From the NCBI GenBank assembly GCA_035656295.1, contig DASRSU010000025.1:150132-214131 (forward strand): a stretch of 64,000 bases of DNA, written 5' to 3'. Positions 29,777 to 39,327 of the stretch are shown here, in pieces. A program made the translations under genes and the position numbers. The notes under the pieces are model-generated. The model had not been told where the DNA came from and did not search any database. It saw nothing but the letters and a program-made list of their open reading frames with translations. Positions within the stretch are counted from its first letter, which is position 1. Every line of letters starts with the position of its first letter. This stretch comes from Candidatus Bathyarchaeia archaeon. Lineage in GTDB: Archaea; Thermoproteota; Bathyarchaeia; 40CM-2-53-6.

Positions 29777-30024
29777 CTTGTCCGAACCTCTAGGTCGACC
29801 AGCTTCGATGGCGTAGCGGGCCGTTTCGCCATGGCGAGTACACTGGACCGCGATCGTTCCAATTCTGTTATCGGTTCGACGATCAAGCGGGCATGCGCAT
29901 CCAGGTAATGCAGCGTGTGAAAACTGGCACAGCTGGTCCTAACGTATCGCTCCCCAGGCTCTATCTCCAACTCGCAGACGTGGCACTGTTGGTACCGAGA
30001 ACCCTGATTGATTCGCACTTTCAT
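29773..30024 (-). CDS. small Cys/His-rich protein (putative Zn-binding)
   Basis: QQCHVCELEIEPGERYVRTSCASFHTLH. Overlapping start and stop codons with its neighbours suggest an operon. Confidence 0.4.
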   Translation of the reverse strand: MKVRINQGSRYQQCHVCELEIEPGERYVRTSCASFHTLHYLDAHARLIVEPITELERSRSSVLAMAKRPATPSKLVDLEVRTR

Positions 30025-31664
30025 TTCTCGGGTTCCTTGATTCGCTCGGGAGAGGTGGCATCGAAGCAGGCTTGGCAGACTAGGAATTCGTGATGGTGAT
30101 CAGGGCGGCGTGGCCCCTCTCTCTCGCATAATGCACAGGACCCTAACTCGACAAAGGGAGGTTCCACCTTGGGCAGAGCTCCGCCGTGACCCGTTTTCGA
30201 GTGAGAAAACACGATGTCACCTGAGCCGGGACCAGTCCCAAACTCGTCCGCTGGCTTGGAGGATAGCCCAAAGTCGGAGTTTGGGGAATCGGTGAGTCCG
30301 GATCCTCCAAGTGGGCGATCTTTGGGCTGGCCTGTCATCGTGTTTTCTTCCCTCAAAACATGCCCTTCGTCTAGGAGCTGCCAGCCCCTCTCCTGGGCCC
30401 AGCTGTCGACGGTGACCTGCTTGGCGTACTCGTCGGCTCTGATGTTCAGCGTCTCGGGGCTGAGCTCTGCGAACCTGAACCTCTGACCCTTCTTCCCAGG
30501 CTTGTTGTCAGGATGCTCCTCGACGTAGCCGTCTAGGCAGAGCCGGTCGACGTGGTCGCGGACCCACTGCTCTCCCTTCCGGACTTGGCGACGAACGTTT
30601 CGGTGGATCTCCTTGATCGTCAGATATTCGTAGCCGGTTACGGTGCCGAAGCTGTCCTTTTCGCTGGCGTCTGTCAGAACAGCGAGAATCGCGTCCTCCT
30701 TGGCAGAGACTCCTGACAAGGATTCGCGGAGACTTGCCTCGGCGAGTGCTCTGACGATCTCGATGTCCTGGGGCTCTGCTACGACGGCGACCGTGAGACC
30801 CTTCCGGGCTTTCCTTCTCTGTTCCTGGTAGAGCCAGGCGACGACGTTGATGCTAGACATCAGCTTCGGGAAGTCCCGACGGCTCTCAATGCTGCTGCTC
30901 GGGTACTCTGCCTTGATCAGATGAGCATAGGGATTCGCAACCTCGTAGGGTTTGAGGCCTTGCAGAAGATCCAGAAGCGCCTTTGTCCTAGGCTCTTCCG
31001 AGTAGTCCTCTGACGGGTCCTCGAATCCATCCGCCTCGTAGTCTAGGACCCTGTTGGTCTGTTCGGCGCTCTCGTCGATCTGCATAGGAATTATCCGGTT
31101 CTCGAACTCGGGATCCTGCATCGATGCGAGCGTTGTCGTGGTGATTACGCTGGGCGTGCCGACGACTTCGATCTCCACCGGCTCTCCGTTGATCACCGTG
31201 CCGAGTCGCAGACGACCCTCGCTGATCAGCAGCTTTGGCGATTGGGAGTTTGTGATGCCTCTCAGCTCGTCGATGAACAGAATCTTGCCTGAGAGGTCGA
31301 TTCTCCGGGGCTGTTCACGCCAAGCCTTGAGCTCAGCTACATATTCCTCGTTGGAGATCTCCTTCCGCATCACGGGTTTCGAAGTGGCCTGTGACTTGGC
31401 CATGTTCTCCAGGTAGGCGCCGGTGATCCTGCTGAACTCGATCACCACGCCCATTCTTCGGAATATGTCGAGGACCCGGTTGACGATCCTTGACTTGCCC
31501 GCGCCGGTGACGCCCTTGACGACCGCGGAAAGGGGCCCCTTGGTGAAGGCCGACAGGCAAACGAGGAACAGCAGCACTTTGTTCGTGTCTTCGCCGGCGA
31601 TCTTTCGGTCGAGATACTCCGTCTGAATTCGTTGCAGAAGATTCGGGTCCTTAGAGTCGAGCAT
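30021..31664 (-). CDS. P-loop NTPase, putative replication initiator/helicase of the element (SF3/AAA+-like), with C-terminal zinc ribbon
   Basis: Walker A KGVTGAGKSR at about residue 55. Walker B ILFIDELRG. Possible motif C VITTTT. C-terminal CALCEREG...CQACF. 547 aa. Confidence 0.7.
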   Translation of the reverse strand: MLDSKDPNLLQRIQTEYLDRKIAGEDTNKVLLFLVCLSAFTKGPLSAVVKGVTGAGKSRIVNRVLDIFRRMGVVIEFSRITGAYLENMAKSQATSKPVMRKEISNEEYVAELKAWREQPRRIDLSGKILFIDELRGITNSQSPKLLISEGRLRLGTVINGEPVEIEVVGTPSVITTTTLASMQDPEFENRIIPMQIDESAEQTNRVLDYEADGFEDPSEDYSEEPRTKALLDLLQGLKPYEVANPYAHLIKAEYPSSSIESRRDFPKLMSSINVVAWLYQEQRRKARKGLTVAVVAEPQDIEIVRALAEASLRESLSGVSAKEDAILAVLTDASEKDSFGTVTGYEYLTIKEIHRNVRRQVRKGEQWVRDHVDRLCLDGYVEEHPDNKPGKKGQRFRFAELSPETLNIRADEYAKQVTVDSWAQERGWQLLDEGHVLREENTMTGQPKDRPLGGSGLTDSPNSDFGLSSKPADEFGTGPGSGDIVFSHSKTGHGGALPKVEPPFVELGSCALCEREGPRRPDHHHEFLVCQACFDATSPERIKEPEK

Positions 31665-32111
31665 CTAGCATCCTTCCAGTTCTTTCGCGTCGACGATCTG
31701 GAGGTCCAGCAGCCAGCTGCGAGTCGCGGGGTCGAAGCTGAATGGTGCAACTCCCTCTCGCTTCAGCGCTCGCCTGTTGATCCGTTTGATGCAGCGCAGG
31801 ACCTTTTTCGGATACGCGTTCATCCTGAGAGCGAGCTCTGTCGTGGCCCTCTGCGACTTCTCCAGGAACTTCCGCATCAGGTCGCGCTCGAACTCTTCGC
31901 GGACGTAGGGGCCGATGACGATACTTGGCTGCCGCGCCTTCAGAATCACGGCCATGTTCCGCGCCAGACCGCCTAGGACCCGGACCTCTGCTCTCAGCGA
32001 GCGGATCTCGGAGAGGATCGGAGCTGTCGCATCCAATACGCGTCTCCGGCGCGTCCCCTTGCTTCCGCGTCGAGTCTTAGCCAAGAGCGATCTCTCCATG
32101 CGGTTTGGCAA
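31665..32111 (-). CDS. hypothetical basic protein, translationally coupled upstream of the ATPase
   Basis: 148 aa, Arg/Lys-rich. Its stop directly abuts the ATPase ATG. Confidence 0.45.
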   Translation of the reverse strand: MPNRMERSLLAKTRRGSKGTRRRRVLDATAPILSEIRSLRAEVRVLGGLARNMAVILKARQPSIVIGPYVREEFERDLMRKFLEKSQRATTELALRMNAYPKKVLRCIKRINRRALKREGVAPFSFDPATRSWLLDLQIVDAKELEGC

Positions 32112-32393
32112 AGAACCGGGGTCTTTTGCTAGCAGAAGCTGAGAGGACGCCCGCGTCGTCTCCGACTCCCGCGAACTGTGGTCGCTCGCAACCGCGAATT
32201 TTCATAGTCTAAGTGTCTCCGAGTTTTTCGGGCGGTCGGGAATGTGTTTCAAGAAACAGTGCTGGCGGTGATTGTCGCGGCCGAGTTCCGAACCAAGCGT
32301 AGACTTGATAGTTGGAGGAACCGTAAGTGCCCCTCGTGATTCTAGGCCTGAAACTTCGCCCGAAACAACTACACGCTCTAGGCGGGTGTTCCA

Positions 32394-32621
32394 CTAGTAC
32401 AGCCTCCTCCTGCAAGGATAGACGTGTCCAGTCCTCGAGCACTCCGGTCCTAGAAGTCGACCGTTAACGATCCGGGCCCGTTGTAGAGGCGAGAACCCGC
32501 AACACTCGCACGTCAGAGGCCCGTACCCGTATTTGGCTAGGATCTCTCGCGCCTGCATCTGGGCTTGACGGAGCCTGGCCTCACGCAATCGTTCGCGAAG
32601 CCTCTGGATCGAAGGAATCAA
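32394..32621 (-). CDS. small zinc-ribbon protein
   Basis: CECCGF...CSRTGHVYPC. 75 aa. Overlaps the next ORF by 4 nt. Confidence 0.35.
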   Translation of the reverse strand: MIPSIQRLRERLREARLRQAQMQAREILAKYGYGPLTCECCGFSPLQRARIVNGRLLGPECSRTGHVYPCRRRLY

Positions 32622-32863
32622 GTCTTGCCCCTGTCCGGTCCTGGTCCATGACTGAACCAGCAGTGGTAACGATGATTCTCGAAGCCGAGCGGGCTCAGCT
32701 CGTCAAAGTTCTCACCACAGTATGGACAGGTCTGTGCGATGACCGTTAGCGTTTTATCCGAGGATTGTCTAACAGTCATTTCTGACCTCTTCCCTGTTCG
32801 CGGGACTTGGCGGTGTCCAGCTGGTCGAAGGAATTGCCACAGTACGGCCAGAGGCAACAGCAA
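32618..32863 (-). CDS. small zinc-ribbon protein
   Basis: CPYCGENFDELSPLGFENHRYHC. 81 aa. Confidence 0.4.
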   Translation of the reverse strand: MLLPLAVLWQFLRPAGHRQVPRTGKRSEMTVRQSSDKTLTVIAQTCPYCGENFDELSPLGFENHRYHCWFSHGPGPDRGKT

Positions 32864-33200
32864 AATTCTTTAGCGGGGCCGGGCCTATGCGTGGCTGACC
32901 ACCTCTTCTTCCTGTTCGGCTCTTGGCGGGGTCGAAACCTGAAGATGGTCACGGGGCGTGGGATCCTCTTCCCCGCCCTGAATCATTCTAACAGTAGACC
33001 ATGCTATGGCCTCCATTCGTTGTACCGCGTGCAGCCCTAGTACTGTCATCGGAGTGTGGGCTGTCCCGCCAATTGTTTTGCAGGCGGCTTTGTTTGCTGT
33101 GTAGTAGTGAGCTCTGTATGATTCGAATCCTCTTCGATCTCCTCAAAGGACACGGAGCCACCGCCGATGAGATCTGCAACGGCCCTGTTTTTCGCGGCCG

Positions 33201-33563
33201 TCATGGCCGGATCTCTCCGTCGGACCTTTGGGCCGAGGTGACGGGCTGCGGTGCCTCGATGGCTCTGCCTGTTTCGTTGCCGTTGGTGATGAAAACACGA
33301 CGTCGCACATCGCCTCCAGTGGTTCGGACCCTGAAACTCCTGTACCGCGGGTCCTGCAACGCTAGCATCCCCAAGTAGCGGCGGGCACGGTGTTCGGTCA
33401 CCTTGTTGGCGTCGATCTCGACAACGTGCCGTGGCGGGATCTTCTTTACCACGGCTCTGAACTCGTCAAAGTATTCGCCTGGTCTGGACCGGCTAGGCAG
33501 TTTGATCTCTGGAAAGGTGCCGAGAAGAAGGCTGGTTTTGCTTCGTTTCATTTTCCTCATCAA
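33201..33563 (-). CDS. hypothetical protein (element)
   Basis: 120 aa, basic N-terminus. Confidence 0.3.
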   Translation of the reverse strand: MMRKMKRSKTSLLLGTFPEIKLPSRSRPGEYFDEFRAVVKKIPPRHVVEIDANKVTEHRARRYLGMLALQDPRYRSFRVRTTGGDVRRRVFITNGNETGRAIEAPQPVTSAQRSDGEIRP

Positions 33564-33602
33564 TATATACGAGAAGGGGTCGGGGGACTCTTTCGGTCAC
33601 GC

Positions 33603-34364
33603 ATGATCATTCCGTTCTCCAGTTTTGCGACGAACCTTGAGGTAGAGGGTACGTGCAACAAGTTTGCAAGGGCAGGCTTCAAGGTTGAACGACCACTGGC
33701 TCAGGGAACCCAGGGCTTCTGCAAAGTGACTCTTGACGCTGACCGCCAGCTGCGCCTACAGATCTACGGGACTCGACGGGTCCTGATCTACGCCCACGGA
33801 CCCGAAGACGAGGCGACGGCCAAAAAGTTGCTCAAGCGCTACGCGGTCACAGTCGACAATGCGCCGCTGAGCTTTGAGGACTACAAGGTCTATCCTGACA
33901 AGAAACAGGCTGCTGAGGATCTGATGGCGCTCTGCCAGATACTGCTCGTTGACAACCTGAACCTGGAAGTCGCGCTGGGTCTACTCGCCAGAGACCTCTC
34001 AGACGGTTCAGACAGGAGAGTGATGACAGAGTACGCGAAATCTCTTCATGATCTCACGAGGACGCTGTTCCGGTTGCGTCAACAGGACCCGTTGGCGCCA
34101 ATATCCCCCGCCGTGATCGAGAGTCTTGATCCTCAGAACAAAAGGGCAGACTGGATTCGTACTAATAGTCTGCCGGTTCCAACTGGAGCCTTCACCCAGG
34201 CGCTGCGAACGGCAGCCGCCACTCTCAGAGATCTCAGCCAGGACCCGACCGGCGTTTCAGAACAGTTGCGGACCCAGCCTGTCCACGACTTTACAGGGGT
34301 CTTCCGACGTGACGCTCTCCAGAGTTTTCAAAAGCTTGCCAAACACAGCGTGGCCGAAGGGTGA
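33603..34364 (+). CDS. hypothetical protein (element, plus-strand island)
   Basis: ATG at 33603 (MIIPFSS...) avoids overlap with the minus-strand ORF. 253 aa. No motif recognised. Confidence 0.4.
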   Translation: MIIPFSSFATNLEVEGTCNKFARAGFKVERPLAQGTQGFCKVTLDADRQLRLQIYGTRRVLIYAHGPEDEATAKKLLKRYAVTVDNAPLSFEDYKVYPDKKQAAEDLMALCQILLVDNLNLEVALGLLARDLSDGSDRRVMTEYAKSLHDLTRTLFRLRQQDPLAPISPAVIESLDPQNKRADWIRTNSLPVPTGAFTQALRTAAATLRDLSQDPTGVSEQLRTQPVHDFTGVFRRDALQSFQKLAKHSVAEG

Positions 34365-34370
34365 TCTCGG

Positions 34371-34637
34371 ATGCCAAGTATCGTAAAGCCTCTCGAAAGC
34401 TTCGATGGCCGAATCATTGGACTGAGACAAGTTTCAGTCGGCCCTTTCATAACTCAGCCTTACACTGAGATCATGATAACGCGGGGCGTCGATTTCGCGG
34501 ACGAACTCTACATACTTGACCAGCCGATCGAGACGGTCCCGCAGGTTTGCATGTTGAAGAGGCACCGGTTCGACAGGCACCATTCACGCATTCTGAGAAT
34601 CGTGGAACACATTGACCACCTAAGCAAGTCAAACTAG
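34371..34637 (+). CDS. hypothetical protein (element)
   Basis: 88 aa, 6 nt after the preceding plus-strand ORF. Confidence 0.35.
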   Translation: MPSIVKPLESFDGRIIGLRQVSVGPFITQPYTEIMITRGVDFADELYILDQPIETVPQVCMLKRHRFDRHHSRILRIVEHIDHLSKSN

Positions 34638-35617
34638 ATCCTGTAACCTAGATGCTGCTTTCAACCCCTCGTGACACCCGCATGTTCAAAATCCTCTACT
34701 CGCTTTACAGCGTAGCATTCCTACTAGTGCTCTACAAGGTGCCACTTACGATCCAGAGCCGTCGCCCTTGAACTCGGAGTTAAGCCAGCCCGGATAGAAT
34801 CAGAGTTCTATGCTGTCATGCGAAACTTGCGAGACATCGCAGAAGAGGCCTGGAATGACAAGAAACTTTTCTTCGACAAGCTCGGTTGGAAGCAGAGCTG
34901 GCAGGGCGGGCCTTATCGCCGCGCCCTCGACTCTCGACTAGTTCAGCGGGAGTCTGATCTCGATTGCGGGTAGCATGGCAAAATCCCTGGACGAGTTTAG
35001 AAGCCTCTGACAGATGTGCCAAGTGGCACTCCGCAGGAGCGTGGCAAGCAGAAACTCTTGGTACGGGACACTAGTCGAGGCTACATCGTGGAAACGATCC
35101 AGGAATGAGTCAGGAGAACGTGATTATCAAGGCTTGATAATTGTGCAAGCCAAGCGACACCGGCTAGGACGAAGTTGTTGTGTTCCCAGGCCTGCGGATC
35201 ACCCGATTCGTCCAGGTATAGAATGTACAAGATCTTGCTTCGGAGTCGCAAACAGAACTCGATAATAAAGGCAGATGCAACCCAGTACGGTTTTTACGCC
35301 GTAGCGGACCGCCGAGGCAGCCCTCTGGATCGCACTTAGAATCTTGTAACCTCAGAATGTAAACATTGTGGCTCCCGACCGTCCTAGCGGTTTGGTGAAG
35401 CTAAAGATCCAATGCCAACAGAGCCTTGACTAGCTAGGCCTCTGTGATGTGGACCATGGACGACTCTCCGGAGTCCTAGAGGTTGAACAACAGAGAAGCG
35501 TGAACGTGAATGGCAAAGTAATGCTGGACAGCCAACGTTTCAGTAGCCTCGTGCCATGTGGCAGAAACTGTTCCGGCGATGGTTGCTAGGACCCGTCTTG
35601 CAGAAGCGAGCGTGTTC

Positions 35618-36115
35618 TCAGCTGGATGATGTAATGGGATGGATGGTCCTTTCTTTTAGCCGACGTTCCGCCCAATCCTTCTCGATCATCGCCTGACGCT
35701 TCAGAACGTCCTCTAACTGGTCGGTCATCCAGAGCTGCTCGAGGTCTGGCAGGAACCGTGATAGGACGGCGAGGCTGCTGACGATTCTCGCTAGTAGGCT
35801 GCTTCGAAGCTCCGGTTTGCCTGCATTGTTAGAGTCGTGATACATCCTCCAGGCCTCGCGCATGACTAACGTGATCCGGTCGTGGATCTCCTGAAGGAGT
35901 TTAGAGTGCATGTCTCGGGATGATTGTGTGATGCAGGCGTTTCCGTCGCGGACTTCAGCGATGGCGCGGCTGACTGTCGACTGGTCAACCTGCAATGATT
36001 CGGCGATCTCGACTTGGGTCCAGCCTTTGAGGTGCAGCTGGTAGATCTGTTCGCGACGCTTCTCGACTTCCCGCCGCTTCAACGACTGGCTAGAAGTATG
36101 CGAGTTTACGCTCAA
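35618..36115 (-). CDS. HTH DNA-binding protein (sigma-70 region-4 / small-terminase-like HTH)
   Basis: LKGWTQVEIAESLQVDQSTVSRAIAEV helix-turn-helix. 165 aa. Confidence 0.55.
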   Translation of the reverse strand: MSVNSHTSSQSLKRREVEKRREQIYQLHLKGWTQVEIAESLQVDQSTVSRAIAEVRDGNACITQSSRDMHSKLLQEIHDRITLVMREAWRMYHDSNNAGKPELRSSLLARIVSSLAVLSRFLPDLEQLWMTDQLEDVLKRQAMIEKDWAERRLKERTIHPITSSS

Positions 36116-36140
36116 GACTCATTCCGTGGAATGCGCATAT

Positions 36141-36377
36141 TCAGCCCAGTCTTCCAGCCGCGAGGTCTTGATGTGCCTGTTTCACGGTTCGGAGGTGTAC
36201 ATGGGGCTGCAACAGTTTCCGGGCCTCAAGCTGGATTCTCGCTATTTTCACTACAAGCGCGAGCCGTGTGCTCGGCCGCGTCCAGGGGAGCATGTCGAGT
36301 AGGCGTTCTGACTCGTATACGAGCTGTGTGAATCTTAGATGTCTCGAGGACTCGTCCAGGCTTGACATGGGCGCCAT
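36141..36377 (-). CDS. hypothetical small protein
   Basis: 78 aa ORF co-oriented with its neighbours. Confidence 0.25.
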   Translation of the reverse strand: MAPMSSLDESSRHLRFTQLVYESERLLDMLPWTRPSTRLALVVKIARIQLEARKLLQPHVHLRTVKQAHQDLAAGRLG

Positions 36378-36404
36378 ACTATTGTTGTCAGGCTGGATCA
36401 GTTC

Positions 36405-37187
36405 TCAGTTTCTTGTCCATCGCTGGTGCTCGCTACACCAGGTCCAGCCGCGGCTTTCGCGCACAGGTACGGCTGACTCACGGTATCGGGCTCGGATGCT
36501 TTGAAGAGCTCGTTCATGCCGGGCACGTTCTTCTTCCTCCATATCGTCAAGGTCGTCGGCGTGTAACCGTCTGTTGTCAGGGTCGTCCTCGGCCCGAATT
36601 ACCTTCTCTGCGCGAGTGTATGCCTGTTGTGCTGGCGGCGCCGGATAACCGGGCCGACCCCAGAACCCTGTTCGTCGACGCTGGCTCCTCCGACGGTAAT
36701 TGGGCCGATGAGGAAAATCGTCAGCGTAGATTCCTAGTGCGGCTATGTCGTCGCTGCCGGGCTTGAAGCCTGCCATCGGACCCGCCTCTGTAATCGGGCT
36801 TCTCGCGAAATGTTGCACCGTCTCTTCGACTCCGCGTGGAATACCGACTCCCATCTGCCTCGCGAAGTCTATGAATCTCATTCGGTCGTGTCCCATCCTC
36901 CCACCGGGGCCGTAGTCGATAACTGTGGCGCCGGGTCCGATGGTTGGTCCGTTCGCGAATGGTGGCCTGTACGCGGCTGCAAGCGTGTTGACGGTGCACA
37001 TGCTTGACTGACCTCCAGCGGACTCGTGAACGTTGACGGGGAGGCCCATTATCGACATCGGCCGTGACTCTTGGATCCGTCTCGATGCGCCCAGGACTCT
37101 ACCGACGAGCTCGTTTCGTTCTGCGAGTCTGGCTCTTACTTCTTCCGGCAACGAGGTTGCAGTGATCATTCCTGACCATTCTTGCAT
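36405..37187 (-). CDS. hypothetical protein (element)
   Basis: 260 aa. Gly/Pro-rich middle with an acidic C-terminal stretch (DDLDDMEEEE). Confidence 0.45.
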   Translation of the reverse strand: MQEWSGMITATSLPEEVRARLAERNELVGRVLGASRRIQESRPMSIMGLPVNVHESAGGQSSMCTVNTLAAAYRPPFANGPTIGPGATVIDYGPGGRMGHDRMRFIDFARQMGVGIPRGVEETVQHFARSPITEAGPMAGFKPGSDDIAALGIYADDFPHRPNYRRRSQRRRTGFWGRPGYPAPPAQQAYTRAEKVIRAEDDPDNRRLHADDLDDMEEEERARHERALQSIRARYRESAVPVRESRGWTWCSEHQRWTRN

Positions 37188-37310
37188 CTTCGATCGTTAC
37201 TAGGCTAGCGTTCGTGATTGAAAACTTTTGTGGCGGATGCGCTGCGTGCAGGTTGGGCGTATCCGAACCGGATCTCGTGTAATCTTCGGGGCGTACTGCG
37301 ACAATTATTG

Positions 37311-37856
37311 TCATTCATTCCACAGGTTTAGGTCTGCATGTTCACGTAACGCATTGTACAAGCATTCTTCTAGTATTGTCTTGTCAAAGCCTCCAGCACG
37401 ACATGAGTCATAGTCGCAGGATTCGCGGTATAGTACACGTGCACTCGCCTCGGAATAATTCTCAGGAGGATTCATTGCGAACGAGCTCCCGTAGACGTGG
37501 TAGACGTCGATCTCTTTTCCATTCAGCTGTGCGACTATGTCCCCCTCGTCGTGCTTTTTCGAAAGCGCTACAATCTGCGCGACCGCACGGTCAAACTCTT
37601 TCTTGCTGACATGCATTTCTAGCATGCTCCTTGAAAAGTGTTTGAAACCCAGGACTGCTGGAGCACTGCAGAGCCGGCAGATCGTCGTCCGGGGCCACGC
37701 CGGCTGTTCTACGCCGCATTTCTGGCACTTCTTCTCGACCACGAGCGGGTCTCCATTGCAGGATCCAATAGGGCCCCTCCTACCGTTCAACTGCTGCTCT
37801 TGATCTCCAGCTCGATGGTCTTCATCGTTCTCGGCCGTGTTGGGGGTACGGATCAT
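37311..37856 (-). CDS. hypothetical Cys-rich protein
   Basis: CQKCGVEQPAWPRTTICRLC zinc-ribbon-like N-terminal part. 181 aa. Confidence 0.45.
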   Translation of the reverse strand: MIRTPNTAENDEDHRAGDQEQQLNGRRGPIGSCNGDPLVVEKKCQKCGVEQPAWPRTTICRLCSAPAVLGFKHFSRSMLEMHVSKKEFDRAVAQIVALSKKHDEGDIVAQLNGKEIDVYHVYGSSFAMNPPENYSEASARVLYRESCDYDSCRAGGFDKTILEECLYNALREHADLNLWNE

Positions 37857-37977
37857 CCAGGCAGACGATTACTACAAGCATGAGCGTGTGACCGACCCTG
37901 ACTTTTTCCAGAACGATGATGTCCGGTGACTCGAAAAAGGGGGAGTTTGAGTTTTGTCGTGTTGTCAAGATTGCATG

Positions 37978-38526
37978 TCAGCCTGATGCTGTACTATAGG
38001 CCGCGAACACGGTTTGGAAGGAGACGGATCCAAGGGCCCCGGTCCGCGCGGCGCTGAGTTGCAGTGTCAAGATGGTGCTGGTTGTGCCGGGCGTCAACAT
38101 CAAACATCCGGTCACGGTTGGTGTGCCGGGACAGGCAGCTGTCCCGAGCTTGCTGGAAAAGTCCCATGTCAAGGTTACACCGTTCGGCAAGCCCGGATTG
38201 GTGGTGAGTGATTCGACGCCTGGAGTGGTGCTATCAACGATCCAGATGTTGGTCAGGCCGGTGTTGACAATGCTGATCTGGTGAGTGCGGCTTGTTGTCT
38301 GCTGGACATCGCCCCATGTCAGGGCTGTAAGTGTTCCGCCCTTCGTAACGTCGTTGACTGACATGCCTGGGGCGCCGGTGATCGTGACTGTTGATGGTAC
38401 GATGAAGTTGCTGAGGAAGACCGCGTATGCTCCCGTGGTGATGGTAGCTGCGATTACTGTTGCGAGCAGTATCTTAACGAGTTTCTTCACTGTTTTTTCC
38501 ACCTTCGATTGGAAGCTTTCCAACAA
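37978..38526 (-). CDS. secreted/membrane-anchored Thr/Gly-rich beta-rich protein (possible structural or surface protein of the element)
   Basis: N-terminal hydrophobic segment KILLATVIAATITTGAYAVFL, followed by a Thr/Gly/Val-rich region of about 150 aa. Confidence 0.5.
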   Translation of the reverse strand: MLESFQSKVEKTVKKLVKILLATVIAATITTGAYAVFLSNFIVPSTVTITGAPGMSVNDVTKGGTLTALTWGDVQQTTSRTHQISIVNTGLTNIWIVDSTTPGVESLTTNPGLPNGVTLTWDFSSKLGTAACPGTPTVTGCLMLTPGTTSTILTLQLSAARTGALGSVSFQTVFAAYSTASG

Positions 38527-38589
38527 CCATAACCTCGTCCAGCCTCTGCCGGGAGCTTCGCGGGGATACGTCCGCGGTTTTTGCGGAAC

Positions 38590-38868
38590 CTACAAGACCG
38601 GGAAGTAGAGGGCTTCCTTACCGCAGCGGCGTTTGGCCAAAAACCCTTTCTTCTGGAGAAAGCTGAGGGCACGGTCCATCTGGTCCGGGCTCAGCTGCAG
38701 GACTCTGGCACGATGGAATCGGAGGAGCTCAACCCGGCTGAAAGGGTACAAGTGTTCTAGGAAGAAGAGGTAGAGTTGGACCCGTGGATCCTCGAGGGTT
38801 CCCACGAGTCTTGCCAGGGCTCCTAGGAGTCTTTCCGATGAGAGTTTCGCAATGGCCCGGTCGGTCAA
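38590..38868 (-). CDS. winged-helix transcriptional regulator-like protein
   Basis: 92 aa, wHTH-like (LSPDQMDRALSFLQKKGFLAKRR). Confidence 0.45.
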   Translation of the reverse strand: MTDRAIAKLSSERLLGALARLVGTLEDPRVQLYLFFLEHLYPFSRVELLRFHRARVLQLSPDQMDRALSFLQKKGFLAKRRCGKEALYFPVL

Positions 38869-39086
38869 CCCGCCACCTCCCGAACGGTGCCCGGGACCCG
38901 GGCAGCATCATGCTGGAGGCCTATTGTGCCATCCAGTACGTGGGGGCCCTCCTCCGGCAGATTCCATAGAACAACCGTTCCGTCTTCCTGCATGTGCTGG
39001 ATCAATTTGATCGAGACCTGGCAGGACTCGCAATAGTCTGATGCGCCGCGAGGCACATTCAGGTTGCAACCCCAGCAGACCGTCAT
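38865..39086 (-). CDS. small zinc-ribbon protein
   Basis: CWGCNLNV...CESCQ. 73 aa. Confidence 0.4.
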   Translation of the reverse strand: MTVCWGCNLNVPRGASDYCESCQVSIKLIQHMQEDGTVVLWNLPEEGPHVLDGTIGLQHDAARVPGTVREVAG

Positions 39087-39250
39087 TCTTCGAACTCCCA
39101 GAACATGGCTCCGCCAGCAGTGTATCCACAGTCATTGCAGCTGAACGATTCCAGTTCTTGATCTAGCTCAAGATGTGTCGAGCCGCATCCTGGACAGGTC
39201 GAAATGGGCTTCCAGGACCAGGTTATTGTCGGCGTGCGTATGCTCATTTC
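39083..39250 (-). CDS. small zinc-ribbon protein (55 aa; below the ORF-track cutoff)
   Basis: Hand translation gives MSIRTPTITWSWKPISTCPGCGSTHLELDQELESFSCNDCGYTAGGAMFWEFEE. Overlaps the downstream ORF by 4 nt (atga). Confidence 0.35.
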   Translation of the reverse strand, partial: EMSIRTPTITWSWKPISTCPGCGSTHLELDQELESFSCNDCGYTAGGAMFWEFEE

Positions 39251-39327
39251 AAACACTCCGGTGTATTAGTGTACGCGTGTAGTACAACTTATAAGTGCTT
39301 CGGTGTGAGAGTGCAGGAACACCGGAA

